A DNA stretch of 64,000 nt, from contig DCVE01000013.1 of NCBI GenBank assembly GCA_002328025.1, positions 42,579-106,578 on the forward strand, given 5' to 3'. The notes beneath the pieces are model-generated. The model saw only the letters and a list, made by a program, of their open reading frames with translations, had not been told where the DNA came from and did not search any database. This document shows, in pieces, positions 10,837-20,422 of this stretch; position 1 is the stretch's first letter; each line of letters begins with the position of its first letter. The translations under genes and the position numbers were made by a program. The stretch comes from Patescibacteria group bacterium UBA2196. GTDB lineage: Bacteria; Patescibacteriota; Patescibacteriia; UBA2196.

Positions 10837-12522
10837 ATGGAGATATTTAATAAAAACAAAGAAATCGTTGTTTTGTCAATTTTGGCGAGTATTTTTTTTG
10901 TATTTTATTCTTTTTTGCCTTTGGCACAGATTATAAAAAGTGAGGTGCCATTTAGTCAAATTGATTTTAAATTCAATACGCCGGATGAAGTGACTAACTA
11001 TTATTTTACTAAACTTTATTCAAAAACTGGTCAGCTGTATTATGTGGAACCATATAGTTTAATGGCGGGTGGGGTGGTCTTTCCACGTTGGGCTAAGCCA
11101 ATGCAAGAAAAAGTGGTGCCGGGAACTTTTCAGGGATTGATGTTGATTTATGGTGCGTTGGCAAAAGTTTTGAGTACTTGGATAATTCTTTTTTTGACAC
11201 CCTTTTTTGCCGTGTTGGGTGTTGTGTTTTTTTATTTATTGCTTAAATTTTGGTTTGAAAAAAAAACGGCTTTTGTGTCGGCTGTTTTAATGTTTTTATT
11301 TCCTGGCTTTTGGTATTATGCTTCACGTACATTGTTTCATAATGTTTTATTTTTGACCTTGCTCTTGGCGGGACTTTATTTTTTGGTTAATTTATTACAG
11401 ACAGATCCTTTGGGTGAGTACAAATTAAAATCAAAACGTAAATTATTTTTAGCCGTGGCAAGTGGTTTATGTATGGGCGGTGCTTTAATTACACGTTCAT
11501 CAGAGTTTGTGTGGGTGTTTTTAATGGTGGTGGGTATTTTAATTTTTTATCGCAAAAATTTTAAACTTAACTTAAAATATTTAGTCTTGTGTTTTTTATT
11601 TTTTTGTTTATGTGGTGTGCCGGTTTTGCATAACAATAAAATTTTATACGGTTCATACTTGGCTAGTGGCTATTCGCAAATGGTAAGCTCTAATTTGGAA
11701 GATTTAGCGCAAATTAGGCCTATTGGTCTAGTACAAGCGTTATTGTTACCGTTTGGTTTTCACCCACAAGTGATGGTAAACCATGTTTTTGTTAAGTATT
11801 TTTGGCAGCTTTTTTGGCCTTGGGTTTTATTTTTTGTTGGTGGAATGGTTGTATTTTTAAAAAATAAAAAAACTAGTGGACAAAAATTATATTTTTATTT
11901 ATTTTTAGTCACTGGATATTTAATGCCATATTATGGGTCTTGGTTTTTTCAAGATAGTGTTAATCCATACTCAGTTAGTATTGGCTCATCTTATATTCGT
12001 TATTTTTTACCACTATTTATTTTGGCTTTGCCATTTGTTGCTTTGATGTTAATTAAGATTTCTGAGATTATAAAAATTAAAAATAAGAAAGTTGTTTTAG
12101 TCGGTTTAATTTTATTCCTGATTGTTTTGGCTGCTAATTTGGTTTATTTTAGTGGGGAAGAAAATTTGATTGCCATAAAAAACAATCTTTTAATTTATCG
12201 TTTACAAGCTCAAGATGTGGTAAATAAAACCCAACCGAGTGATATAATTTTGATGGATGTTTCTAATGATAAAGTTGTTTTTCCAGAAAGACAACATGTG
12301 GTGGTGCCACAGGGTGGGAACGAACTTTTTATGGTGAGCCGTCTTTTAAAAGTAACAGGGGTTTATTTTTTTTATCGTTCGTCCGAAGTCGATCCAACAT
12401 ATTTGAATCAAACGAAGTTTAATCCTTATAATTTAGAAATTTATGATGGGCAAGAAATTAAGGGTGGAGGAATTTTGTTTAAGGTACAACAAAGGGCAGA
12501 ATATTATGTTTTAAATAAGTAG
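10837..12522 (+). CDS. Multi-TM GT-C fold glycosyltransferase (PMT_2-like)
   Basis: TPDE first-loop motif, RYFLP motif, many TMs. Confidence 0.75.
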   Translation: MEIFNKNKEIVVLSILASIFFVFYSFLPLAQIIKSEVPFSQIDFKFNTPDEVTNYYFTKLYSKTGQLYYVEPYSLMAGGVVFPRWAKPMQEKVVPGTFQGLMLIYGALAKVLSTWIILFLTPFFAVLGVVFFYLLLKFWFEKKTAFVSAVLMFLFPGFWYYASRTLFHNVLFLTLLLAGLYFLVNLLQTDPLGEYKLKSKRKLFLAVASGLCMGGALITRSSEFVWVFLMVVGILIFYRKNFKLNLKYLVLCFLFFCLCGVPVLHNNKILYGSYLASGYSQMVSSNLEDLAQIRPIGLVQALLLPFGFHPQVMVNHVFVKYFWQLFWPWVLFFVGGMVVFLKNKKTSGQKLYFYLFLVTGYLMPYYGSWFFQDSVNPYSVSIGSSYIRYFLPLFILALPFVALMLIKISEIIKIKNKKVVLVGLILFLIVLAANLVYFSGEENLIAIKNNLLIYRLQAQDVVNKTQPSDIILMDVSNDKVVFPERQHVVVPQGGNELFMVSRLLKVTGVYFFYRSSEVDPTYLNQTKFNPYNLEIYDGQEIKGGGILFKVQQRAEYYVLNK

Positions 12523-12532
12523 TTTATTTTTT

Positions 12533-13117
12533 ATGATTGTGCGTCTTGTAAAAATATTTTTAATTTTATTTTTTATTGCACTAACCGTTTGGTTGTTGTG
12601 GTTTGATTTTGTACCAGGTAAAAATTTGGTGGTTAATTATGATTTTTGTACCACAAGTCCCATGCTGACAGAATTTTCTCCCGGTGATAGATTGTGGCCA
12701 GTGGAAAAAACCCAAGAAGGGTGTTGGCAAAAAATGGCCAAGAGCCCAGTTTATTTTGATGTACGCACTCCGCAAGTTTTTAAAACAGCTGAAGTTGAAA
12801 TTAAATATAAAAATTTAGGTGAAGAGAAATTTCAAATTGGACCACAAATTATTAAAAATGAGTGGCAGTGGTTTTTGGTTGATATTTTACCAACCGAACA
12901 AACGGGTGAGTGGCAAGTGGTAAAAATTAATTTTAATTTAGAGAATGTTTATCAAGGAGCGCCAATGATGCGTTGGCTTGTTTCGGCGCCCAACCTTGAA
13001 CAAAATCAACAAAGCATTGTAATCGGTGCTATTAAAATTGTTTTTCAAAAAGATCGATTAAGTTTTGTTAACGTCACAGAACAAATAAAAAATTATCTAA
13101 GGAAAATAAAAAGATAA
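12533..13117 (+). CDS. Hypothetical membrane-anchored protein
   Basis: N-terminal TM followed by a beta-rich domain; operonic spacing. Confidence 0.7.
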   Translation: MIVRLVKIFLILFFIALTVWLLWFDFVPGKNLVVNYDFCTTSPMLTEFSPGDRLWPVEKTQEGCWQKMAKSPVYFDVRTPQVFKTAEVEIKYKNLGEEKFQIGPQIIKNEWQWFLVDILPTEQTGEWQVVKINFNLENVYQGAPMMRWLVSAPNLEQNQQSIVIGAIKIVFQKDRLSFVNVTEQIKNYLRKIKR

Positions 13118-13120
13118 AAT

Positions 13121-13300
13121 ATGATGAAAGATTTTTTTCAGGATTTTTTTGTTATTAATATGAGTGCTTTTTTCTTTTTTTTCACTTTAGAATTAATTAA
13201 GGAAGGTTTGGTTTCCAATCACTTTAATTTGAATATAATTTTAGTAGTAATTATTTTTTCTGGCTTTTTGGTGCTCATCTATAATTTAAAAAAAAATTAA
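13121..13300 (+). CDS. Small 2-TM protein, 59 aa (not in the ORF track)
   Basis: ATG..TAA frame MMKDFFQDFF...LELIKEGLVSNHFNLNIILVVIIFSGFLVLIYNLKKN fills the gap between its neighbours. Confidence 0.7.
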   Translation: MMKDFFQDFFVINMSAFFFFFTLELIKEGLVSNHFNLNIILVVIIFSGFLVLIYNLKKN

Positions 13301-13313
13301 TTAAAAAAATTTT

Positions 13314-13733
13314 ATGTCTGACTGCGTTGTTTGTAAAATTATTAATAAAAAAATTCCCGCGGAAATTATTTATGAAGATGATAAATTCATGGCTTTTTTG
13401 GATGTTCATCCTTCGGCGCCAGGTCACACAATGGTGGTGACTAAAAAGCACGTTTCCACCATGTTTGATTTAGAGACAAACAAGCTTGGTGAGTTATATA
13501 AAAAGGTGTGCGAGATTGCCTTGGCGATAAAAAATTCTGAGATTAAAGCGACGGGTTTTAATATCGGAGTGAATCATTGGAAAACAGCTGGGCAAGAATT
13601 AGAACACCTACATGTGCACATTATTCCCCGTTTTGAAGGCGATGGTGGTGGTGCCATACAGTCAATTGTAAACAATGAAAGTAAAGATAGCTTAAGAGAT
13701 ATAGCAGAAAAAATTATAAGCCAGATTGATTAG
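13314..13733 (+). CDS. HIT family nucleotide hydrolase
   Basis: CxxC near the N-terminus; histidine triad HLHVHII. Confidence 0.95.
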   Translation: MSDCVVCKIINKKIPAEIIYEDDKFMAFLDVHPSAPGHTMVVTKKHVSTMFDLETNKLGELYKKVCEIALAIKNSEIKATGFNIGVNHWKTAGQELEHLHVHIIPRFEGDGGGAIQSIVNNESKDSLRDIAEKIISQID

Positions 13734-15089
13734 TTATTGTATTTGGCTAACAAAAAGACCTTCGGCGGAATTAAACCAATAAAGATTATTACCCTTACTG
13801 TTAATAAGCAGGCGATCGGCTTTTTTGAATTTAGAGAAACTGGTAGTTTCACGGCGATAGTTAATCATCACTAGTTCATTGATGACCAACTCCTCAGTGG
13901 TGAGATACATGATGTGTGTGGGTATTGGATACCAAAGTACGTCTTTAATTTTTGAACCTAATCGTGTAATGAGTTGTTTAGGATTGTCTTTTTTAGCAGT
14001 TTCCCAAATCCAAATTTCATAAGCATTGCCAAAGAGGAAAGAATCTTGCTCTTGACTCCAAGTAATAAAATTGACGTCCGGAATAATCACCTTTTTGGTG
14101 TTGATTTTTTTTTGTTGTGGATCAAAAACGTAGAGCAGTTGATTTTTTTGATCAATTAAATTTATAATACCTGTTGGTGCGGGATAAATTTGATAATTGT
14201 CAGACCACGGTAATGAGCTGACCGGGATTTCTTTGGTTGGATTTGAAGGTGAAAATAATTTTAACTCTATTGCGTTGTCTCTTTCTTTTAGATAGTAGAT
14301 ATCGCCAGTAGAAATAATTTCAAAATCAATAATGTTGTTATTGGAGATTGTTTTGAGGACGACTTGATTGGGAATGATAATTTTATCAATACCAAAACGA
14401 GACAAACCAAGTAGGGTTAGGGGGTTTTGTGGGTCAAAAACAATTTTTTTGTAATTTTCTGGTGCCCAAGCACTAATATTTAAGGTTTGTTGGTTAGAAA
14501 AATCTACCCAATACCAGACGTTGGATACGTTTTTTATTAGCGCTTGATTACCAGATTCGTTAAGGGTAATAGTATTAATTTCTGTACTGTTTATTTTTAC
14601 ACTTTTTAAAGATCCATCTTCAGCATTAAATAGGAAAAGTTCTTTTTTGTTGCCATTTTCATAGGTGGTGGAAAAAGCTAAATGATTTTTTTGTGAGTTA
14701 GAAAAAATTTTAATTTCGGCTTTTAATAAAATTTCTGTAGCTGGATTAGTTTTGAAAAGACGAATATACTGTGCAAAGGCTGTTTCACCAGGGAAAATAC
14801 GCAGATCTTTGGTCCACGGCAGGTAATCCTGTTTTTTGACCTCAACGTGGTATTCGCCGGGGGTCAGGTTTTTTAGACGAGCGGTGGTTTTTTCAGTTAG
14901 CAGCGTTCCATTGAGATAAATATCCGCAGTGTCAGGCTTTGATTCTAAAAATAAAACCCCGGTTTTTTGCCAGGTTTTTTGTTGCCAATTAAATTTATAA
15001 CCTTGAGCCCAAATCAACACTAGGGGCGCAGTGATAAAAAAGACCAAAAAAAATATAATATAAATAATGCGACGGTGGAAAAGAGTCAT
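13734..15089 (-). CDS. PEGA-domain membrane-anchored protein
   Basis: TM followed by TGVLFLESKP...LTPGEYHVEVKKQDYLPW (PEGA), then a propeller-like region. Confidence 0.8.
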   Translation of the reverse strand: MTLFHRRIIYIIFFLVFFITAPLVLIWAQGYKFNWQQKTWQKTGVLFLESKPDTADIYLNGTLLTEKTTARLKNLTPGEYHVEVKKQDYLPWTKDLRIFPGETAFAQYIRLFKTNPATEILLKAEIKIFSNSQKNHLAFSTTYENGNKKELFLFNAEDGSLKSVKINSTEINTITLNESGNQALIKNVSNVWYWVDFSNQQTLNISAWAPENYKKIVFDPQNPLTLLGLSRFGIDKIIIPNQVVLKTISNNNIIDFEIISTGDIYYLKERDNAIELKLFSPSNPTKEIPVSSLPWSDNYQIYPAPTGIINLIDQKNQLLYVFDPQQKKINTKKVIIPDVNFITWSQEQDSFLFGNAYEIWIWETAKKDNPKQLITRLGSKIKDVLWYPIPTHIMYLTTEELVINELVMINYRRETTSFSKFKKADRLLINSKGNNLYWFNSAEGLFVSQIQ

Positions 15090-15233
15090 GGTGACTTATA
15101 GATTATTTAGATATTAATTTTAATGTTAACAAAAAACCGTTTAAAAATCAATTTTTTGTTTTTTTAAATTGTGCTATAATAAAAAAGTGCTAAGTTTAAT
15201 AAGCATTTTATTTTTTTATATTATTTATATTAT

Positions 15234-16523
15234 ATGGATTATCCGCAACTACACGATGAGGTTAAACAGTCCAATTCAAAAAAAAGGTGGTTGTTTCGTT
15301 TTATAATTGTTATTTTGGTAGGCGTTATAATTTTTATGGCTTTTGGTTTTGGTCGAACGATTGGTAAACGCACCATTACGACACAGGTGCCTGAAACTTC
15401 AGCCAATACCCAGTTTGGCCAAGTGTTGGACAAAGGACAAATACCAGATTATCTAAAAAAAGATGTCAATTTTGATATTTTTTGGCAGGTGTGGAGTAAA
15501 ATTCAAAATGAATACATTGAGCGACCAGTGCCAGAAACAAAACTTTTCTATGGTGCCATGGTGGGTTTGGTGGCGGCACTGGGAGATCCGTACTCTATGT
15601 TTTTAGAGCCGCAAACTTCAAAGGAATTTCAAGCAGAGTTGCAAGGACACTTCGAAGGTATTGGCGCTGAAATTGCTGTAAAAAGTAATCAACTGACAGT
15701 TGTTTCGCCATTGCCAGAATCGCCAGCTGAAAAAGCTGGACTTAAGGCCGGTGATAAGATCGTTTTAATTGACGATTTAACCACGACTGGTCTTGACGCC
15801 AGTCAGGCAGTGCAAAAAATTCGTGGTCCCAAAGGAACTCAGGTGGTTTTGACCATTGCGCGTGGAGATACTTTGGAACAGAAAAAAATTACCATTATTC
15901 GTGATACAATTAAGATTGTTTCTGCATCGTGGAAAATGGAAGAAAAAAATAGTAAAAAAATTGCTGTCATTAAATTATCAAATTTTAATGAAGACACCGA
16001 TAGTCGTCTAATTACGGCAATTAATGAAATTTTAACCAAAAACCCGCAGGGTATTGTATTAGATTTACGTGGCAACCCCGGTGGTTATATAGATCAAGCC
16101 ATTAGCGTTGGTTCGCATTGGGTGAGTGCTGGAAAAACCATTGTGCTGGAAAAGTTTTTTGATAATAAACAAACACAGCATTTGGCCAATGGACGGGCTG
16201 AATTGAAAAATTATAAAACCGTAGTTTTAATTAACAAAGGTTCAGCTTCAGCTTCGGAAATTGTGGCAGGTGCTCTAAAGGACAATCAACTGGCTACCAT
16301 TGTGGGCGAACAAAGTTTTGGTAAGGGTTCAGTCCAAAATTTGGAAGATTTACCAGATGGTTCGGCGATTAAATTAACTGTTGCGCGATGGCTAACGCCC
16401 AACGGTACAACAATTGATAAACAGGGTATTACGCCTGATGTGGTGGTTGAATTAACTGAACAAGATTTTAATGACAATAAAGATCCGCAGTTGGAAAAGG
16501 CGTTGGATTTATTAACACAATAA
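15234..16523 (+). CDS. ctpA: Carboxyl-terminal processing protease (S41)
   Basis: DPYS, PDZ (GIGAEI), DLRGNPGG, SASASEI and SFGKGSVQ motifs. Confidence 0.95.
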   Translation: MDYPQLHDEVKQSNSKKRWLFRFIIVILVGVIIFMAFGFGRTIGKRTITTQVPETSANTQFGQVLDKGQIPDYLKKDVNFDIFWQVWSKIQNEYIERPVPETKLFYGAMVGLVAALGDPYSMFLEPQTSKEFQAELQGHFEGIGAEIAVKSNQLTVVSPLPESPAEKAGLKAGDKIVLIDDLTTTGLDASQAVQKIRGPKGTQVVLTIARGDTLEQKKITIIRDTIKIVSASWKMEEKNSKKIAVIKLSNFNEDTDSRLITAINEILTKNPQGIVLDLRGNPGGYIDQAISVGSHWVSAGKTIVLEKFFDNKQTQHLANGRAELKNYKTVVLINKGSASASEIVAGALKDNQLATIVGEQSFGKGSVQNLEDLPDGSAIKLTVARWLTPNGTTIDKQGITPDVVVELTEQDFNDNKDPQLEKALDLLTQ

Positions 16524-16536
16524 TTTTTTAAAAATT

Positions 16537-16995
16537 ATGAAAGTAATATTTTTACAAGACATAAAAAATGTGGCTAAAAAGAATGATATAAAAGAAGTTA
16601 CTGCTGGTTATGCGTTTAATTTTTTATTACCACAAAAAATGGCTGAAGTGGCGACTGATGAGAAAATTAAACAGGCGCAAATAAATAAACAAAAAAATCA
16701 GACTTATGAGAAAAAAGTTAAAACAAAATTACATAAAGGGGCCGCAAAAATTAATAATCAATTAATTCACATTGAAAAAAAAGCCTCTGACAAGGGACAT
16801 TTGTTTGCGGCGGTGTCAGCCGAAGAAGTGGCTGGAGCCATAAAAAATGAATTGGGTTTAGTTTTTGATTCCAAAGATTTAAAAATTAAAGAACACATAA
16901 AAGAAATTGGTACTCACAATGTTGAGGTGGTTTTGGCCAGTCAAAAAATTTTTTTAAAGATTTTAGTGACCGCCACGATTGAAGCGAAGTCTTAA
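16537..16995 (+). CDS. rplI: 50S ribosomal protein L9
   Basis: MKVIFLQDI...GYAFNFLLPQ; IKEIG. Confidence 0.95.
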   Translation: MKVIFLQDIKNVAKKNDIKEVTAGYAFNFLLPQKMAEVATDEKIKQAQINKQKNQTYEKKVKTKLHKGAAKINNQLIHIEKKASDKGHLFAAVSAEEVAGAIKNELGLVFDSKDLKIKEHIKEIGTHNVEVVLASQKIFLKILVTATIEAKS

Positions 16996-17037
16996 AAATT
17001 ATTGCCGCATTAAAGCGGCTTTTTAAAATATTTTTTT

Positions 17038-18678
17038 ATGCAGAAGGTTAAAAAATATATTTTTGTGGTGGGCGGTGTGATGTCGTCGGTTGGCAAGGGC
17101 GTGGCAGCCGCTTCGTTGGCTAAAATTTTACAGTCCAAGGGTTATAGTATTGCCAGCATAAAATGTGATATGTATGTAAATGTGGATGCGGGTACCATTC
17201 GGCCGGCAGAGCATGGCGAGGTTTTTGTGGGCGAAGATGGAGTGGAAGCCGACCAGGATTTGGGTAATTATGAAAGGTTTACAAACCAAACTTGCACGCG
17301 TGATAATTATATCACCACGGGCCAGGTTTATCAGGAAGTTATTCGGCGGGAAAGAAATTTGGAATACGATGGCGAGGATGTCGAGGTGGTGCCGGATATT
17401 CCGAATGAAATAATTAGGCGTATTGAGGTTTGTCAAAGAAAAAACAAAGCCGAGGTGACAGTGGTGGAAATTGGTGGCACAGTTGGCGAATATCAAGTTT
17501 TGTTGTTTTTAGAAGCAGCCAGAATGATGAAAGTAAAAAATCCGGCAGATGTGTTTTTTGTCTTGGTTAGTTATTTACCAACCCCAACGATTTTGGGTGA
17601 ACAAAAATCAAAACCAACACAGTATGCCATTCGGACGCTTAATTCAGCTGGTATTATGCCGGATTTTATTTTATGTCGAGCTGATCGAGCGGTTAAAGAA
17701 AATATCAAAAACACCATCAGCACCGTGTGTAGTTTGCCGCACGAACGTATTATTTCTGCGCCAGATGTTTATTCAATTTATGATGTGCCAATTAATTTTG
17801 AAAAAGAAAATTTGGGTCAGGTGATGTTGCAGACCATGGGTTTAAAAGCCAGAACACAAAAACTTGAAGATTGGAAAAAATTAGCTTCTAAAATAAAAAA
17901 AATAAATAAAAAAGTTACTATTGGCATTGTGGGTAAATATTTTAATTTTAAGTCGTGTCGTGATACTTACATTTCTGTTATTGAGGCCATCAACCACGCA
18001 TGTTGGTTTAATAATGTTAAACCAGAAATTTTATGGTTGGATTCAGAAGAATATGAAAAAAATGATAAAAAATTAAAAGAACTAAAAAATGTTGATGGTA
18101 TTATTGTGCCGGGAGGTTTTGGTCAGCGTGGTACAGAAGGTATGCTTTTAGCAGCTCGTTATGCCAGAGAAAATAAAATTCCATATTTTGGTTTGTGTTT
18201 GGGTATGCAAATTATGACCATTGAATTTTCACGGAATGTTTTAAAATTAAAAAAAGCTAATTCAACTGAACTGGATCTAAATACAACCAACCCAGTTATT
18301 GCAACGATGGAAGAGCAAAAGAAAAATATTGCGGAAAAAAATTATGGTGGCACCATGCGTTTGGGTTCTTATAAAGCCAACCTAGAAATAGATTCCTTAA
18401 GTTATAAGGCTTATGGGGAAAAAATAATTTCTGAACGTCATCGCCATCGGTATGAATTTAATAATTATTATCAACAAAGACTAGAAGCAGCTGGTTTAAA
18501 AGTAACTGGTTTCAATCGTGAGCGGGGATTGGTAGAAATTGTGGAGGTAAAAAATCATCCGTGGATGGTGGGTGTACAGTTTCATCCAGAGTTTAAATCG
18601 CGACCGCTTAATCCGCACCCGTTGTTTAAAGATTTTGTCAAAGCTAGTTTAAAGAGAAAAAATAAAATAAAAAAATAG
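17038..18678 (+). CDS. pyrG: CTP synthase
   Basis: GGVMSSVGKG, EIGGTVG, GLCLGMQ, ERHRHRYE and QFHPE motifs. Confidence 0.98.
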   Translation: MQKVKKYIFVVGGVMSSVGKGVAAASLAKILQSKGYSIASIKCDMYVNVDAGTIRPAEHGEVFVGEDGVEADQDLGNYERFTNQTCTRDNYITTGQVYQEVIRRERNLEYDGEDVEVVPDIPNEIIRRIEVCQRKNKAEVTVVEIGGTVGEYQVLLFLEAARMMKVKNPADVFFVLVSYLPTPTILGEQKSKPTQYAIRTLNSAGIMPDFILCRADRAVKENIKNTISTVCSLPHERIISAPDVYSIYDVPINFEKENLGQVMLQTMGLKARTQKLEDWKKLASKIKKINKKVTIGIVGKYFNFKSCRDTYISVIEAINHACWFNNVKPEILWLDSEEYEKNDKKLKELKNVDGIIVPGGFGQRGTEGMLLAARYARENKIPYFGLCLGMQIMTIEFSRNVLKLKKANSTELDLNTTNPVIATMEEQKKNIAEKNYGGTMRLGSYKANLEIDSLSYKAYGEKIISERHRHRYEFNNYYQQRLEAAGLKVTGFNRERGLVEIVEVKNHPWMVGVQFHPEFKSRPLNPHPLFKDFVKASLKRKNKIKK

Positions 18679-18683
18679 AAAAA

Positions 18684-18716
18684 CAAAAGACGGCAAAAAA
18701 ATGAGCCGTCTTTTGA
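18684..18716. terminator. Bidirectional intrinsic terminator
   Basis: AAAAGACGGC...GCCGTCTTTT between convergent pyrG and rpmA. Confidence 0.8.
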
Positions 18717-18734
18717 AATTTGAACTTTATTTTA

Positions 18735-19010
18735 TTATACTAATATACTAACAAATTTTTTCCACTTAAGCTTGCCAACAAAGGTTGTTTTTTTGCGGCG
18801 ATAAAAATGAACCTTACCAGGTTTAATGGCAAACAAGGTATCGTCTTTACCTTTCATGATGTTTTTACCGGGGTTAAACTTGGTGCCACGTTGGCGAATA
18901 ATAATGGCGCCAGCTTTGGCAATTTCGCCTTCATACAACTTAACACCCAAACGCTTAGAGATTGAATCGCGACCCAACTTTGTTGAGCCCTGTGCTTTTC
19001 TATGTGCCAT
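18735..19010 (-). CDS. rpmA: 50S ribosomal protein L27
   Basis: [22 protein letters not shown]. Confidence 0.98.
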   Translation of the reverse strand: MAHRKAQGSTKLGRDSISKRLGVKLYEGEIAKAGAIIIRQRGTKFNPGKNIMKGKDDTLFAIKPGKVHFYRRKKTTFVGKLKWKKFVSILV

Positions 19011-19186
19011 ATAAAATAGAAGCGTTAAAATGCAGTTAAGTGCACTAACGCGGAATTAATATTTGTTTTATTCTAACAAATTATAACTTAAGTGTCAAAT
19101 TGTGGAAACAAAGATTATTGTGTATAATGGAGAATGATAACAGTTGGTTTTAAAATTCAAAATTAAGAATTAAAAATTTTAATTGT

Positions 19187-19600
19187 ATGTATAGTTCAAT
19201 AGTTTTAGAGCATTTTAAAAATCCACATAATCAAGGCGTCATTCTTGATGCTGATGCTGTGGGTCAAGTTGGTAATCCAGTGTGCGGTGATATTATGAAG
19301 TTGTATTTAAAATTTAGCGAAGCTGATAAAGATAAGTCCCTTGAAGAAAGGGTGATTGAAGATATAAAGTTTGAAACACTTGGTTGCGGCGCGGCTATTG
19401 CCTCCACTTCCATGCTGACAGATTTGGCCAAAGGCAAAACTGTGGCCGAGGCTTTAAAAATTACTAAACAAAACGTGGCAGATGCTTTGGGCGGTTTGCC
19501 GGCCGTTAAGATTCATTGTTCAATTTTAGCTACAGAGGCTTTAGAAAAAGCAGTAAAAAATTATTCCGCCAGCCTTGAGCGACCGAGCCCCGCAGTATAG
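19187..19600 (+). CDS. iscU: Fe-S cluster scaffold (IscU/NifU N-terminal type)
   Basis: HFKNPHN and three Cys motifs GNPVCGD, GCGAAIA, KIHCS. Confidence 0.93.
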   Translation: MYSSIVLEHFKNPHNQGVILDADAVGQVGNPVCGDIMKLYLKFSEADKDKSLEERVIEDIKFETLGCGAAIASTSMLTDLAKGKTVAEALKITKQNVADALGGLPAVKIHCSILATEALEKAVKNYSASLERPSPAV

Positions 19601-19621
19601 TGGGACGAGGGAGCCGAAAGG
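19573..19621. repeat. REP-like palindromic element overlapping the iscU stop codon
   Basis: GC-rich CCTTGAGCGACCGAG[CCCCGC-AGTATA-GTGGGA]CGAGGGAGCCGAAAGG in an AT-rich context. Confidence 0.7.
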
Positions 19622-19663
19622 TCTTAAATTTAAATTTATAAATCAATCCCTTAAATGAGCCAT

Positions 19664-19707
19664 GGGATCCCTCGGCTCATAGCGACCAAAAAGGCCGCTC
19701 GGGATAA
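19664..19707. repeat. REP-like palindromic element (same family as the iscS insert)
   Basis: GGGATCCCTCGGCT...CGCTCGGGAT matches GAGATCCCTCGACT...TGCTCGGGATGAC at 20955-21004. Confidence 0.75.
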
Positions 19708-19723
19708 ATTACAAAAAAACATT

Positions 19724-20161
19724 ATGAAAAATCCTATCATACGCACAATTTATTTGTATCTTTTTGCCCTGGTTGGTTTAGCCATGTTAGTCATTGGGCT
19801 TTCTATGATTATTAATTTGGGTTTAAAGACCTGGATTTTTACCCAAGCTGATAGAGTGGATAATTATATGAGCCAGCCAATGCCTCTTTATTTAAACAAA
19901 GAAATGGCTACGGTTGAAAATTTGCAAGCTTGTCAAGATAAATGTTCATTAACAAACGAACAAAAAACTCAAATTGCTAATTGGTTAGCTGATTATGAAA
20001 ATTGGAAAAATACAGAAAAGAATCGTGATCCTAATTTTTATCAAAAACAAAATCGCCAAAGACAAGCCGCTACAGCTATTTCTTTAATTTTGGTTGGTTT
20101 GCCACTTTGGTTATTTCATTGGAGCGTTATAAAAAAAGATAATAAAGAAAAAGAGGTTTAA
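19724..20161 (+). CDS. 2-TM membrane protein (DUF5671-like)
   Basis: IRTIYLYLFALVGL...LVGLPLWLFHW pattern; start placed at ATG 19724 because the upstream extension is repeat-derived. Confidence 0.75.
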   Translation: MKNPIIRTIYLYLFALVGLAMLVIGLSMIINLGLKTWIFTQADRVDNYMSQPMPLYLNKEMATVENLQACQDKCSLTNEQKTQIANWLADYENWKNTEKNRDPNFYQKQNRQRQAATAISLILVGLPLWLFHWSVIKKDNKEKEV

Positions 20162-20182
20162 TATAATTAAAAATTTAAAAAT

Positions 20183-20413
20183 ATGAATATACAAGAAAAA
20201 ATACAACAAGAGTTAGATTTAATTCGTCCGCATTTACAAATGGATGGGGGAGATGTGGAGCTGGCGGAATTTGACGAAGCTACGGGTGTGTTGAAATTGC
20301 GTTTGCAAGGGCATTGCGCAGGTTGTCCCATGAGTCAAACAACTTTGCAAGAAGGCATTGGCCGGGCCGTGAAAGAGAAAGTTTCGGAAGTTAAAGAAAT
20401 TGTGGCGGTGTAA
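20183..20413 (+). CDS. Nfu-type Fe-S carrier (NifU C-terminal domain)
   Basis: IRPHLQMDGGDVEL and GHCAGCP motifs. Confidence 0.93.
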   Translation: MNIQEKIQQELDLIRPHLQMDGGDVELAEFDEATGVLKLRLQGHCAGCPMSQTTLQEGIGRAVKEKVSEVKEIVAV

Positions 20414-20422
20414 AATAATTTT

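Noticed and set aside
19655-19723. N-terminal extension MSHGIPRLIATKKAARDK of the DUF5671-like gene
   Set aside because: It is a reading of the palindromic element; ATG 19724 fits better, although use of the upstream ATG cannot be excluded.
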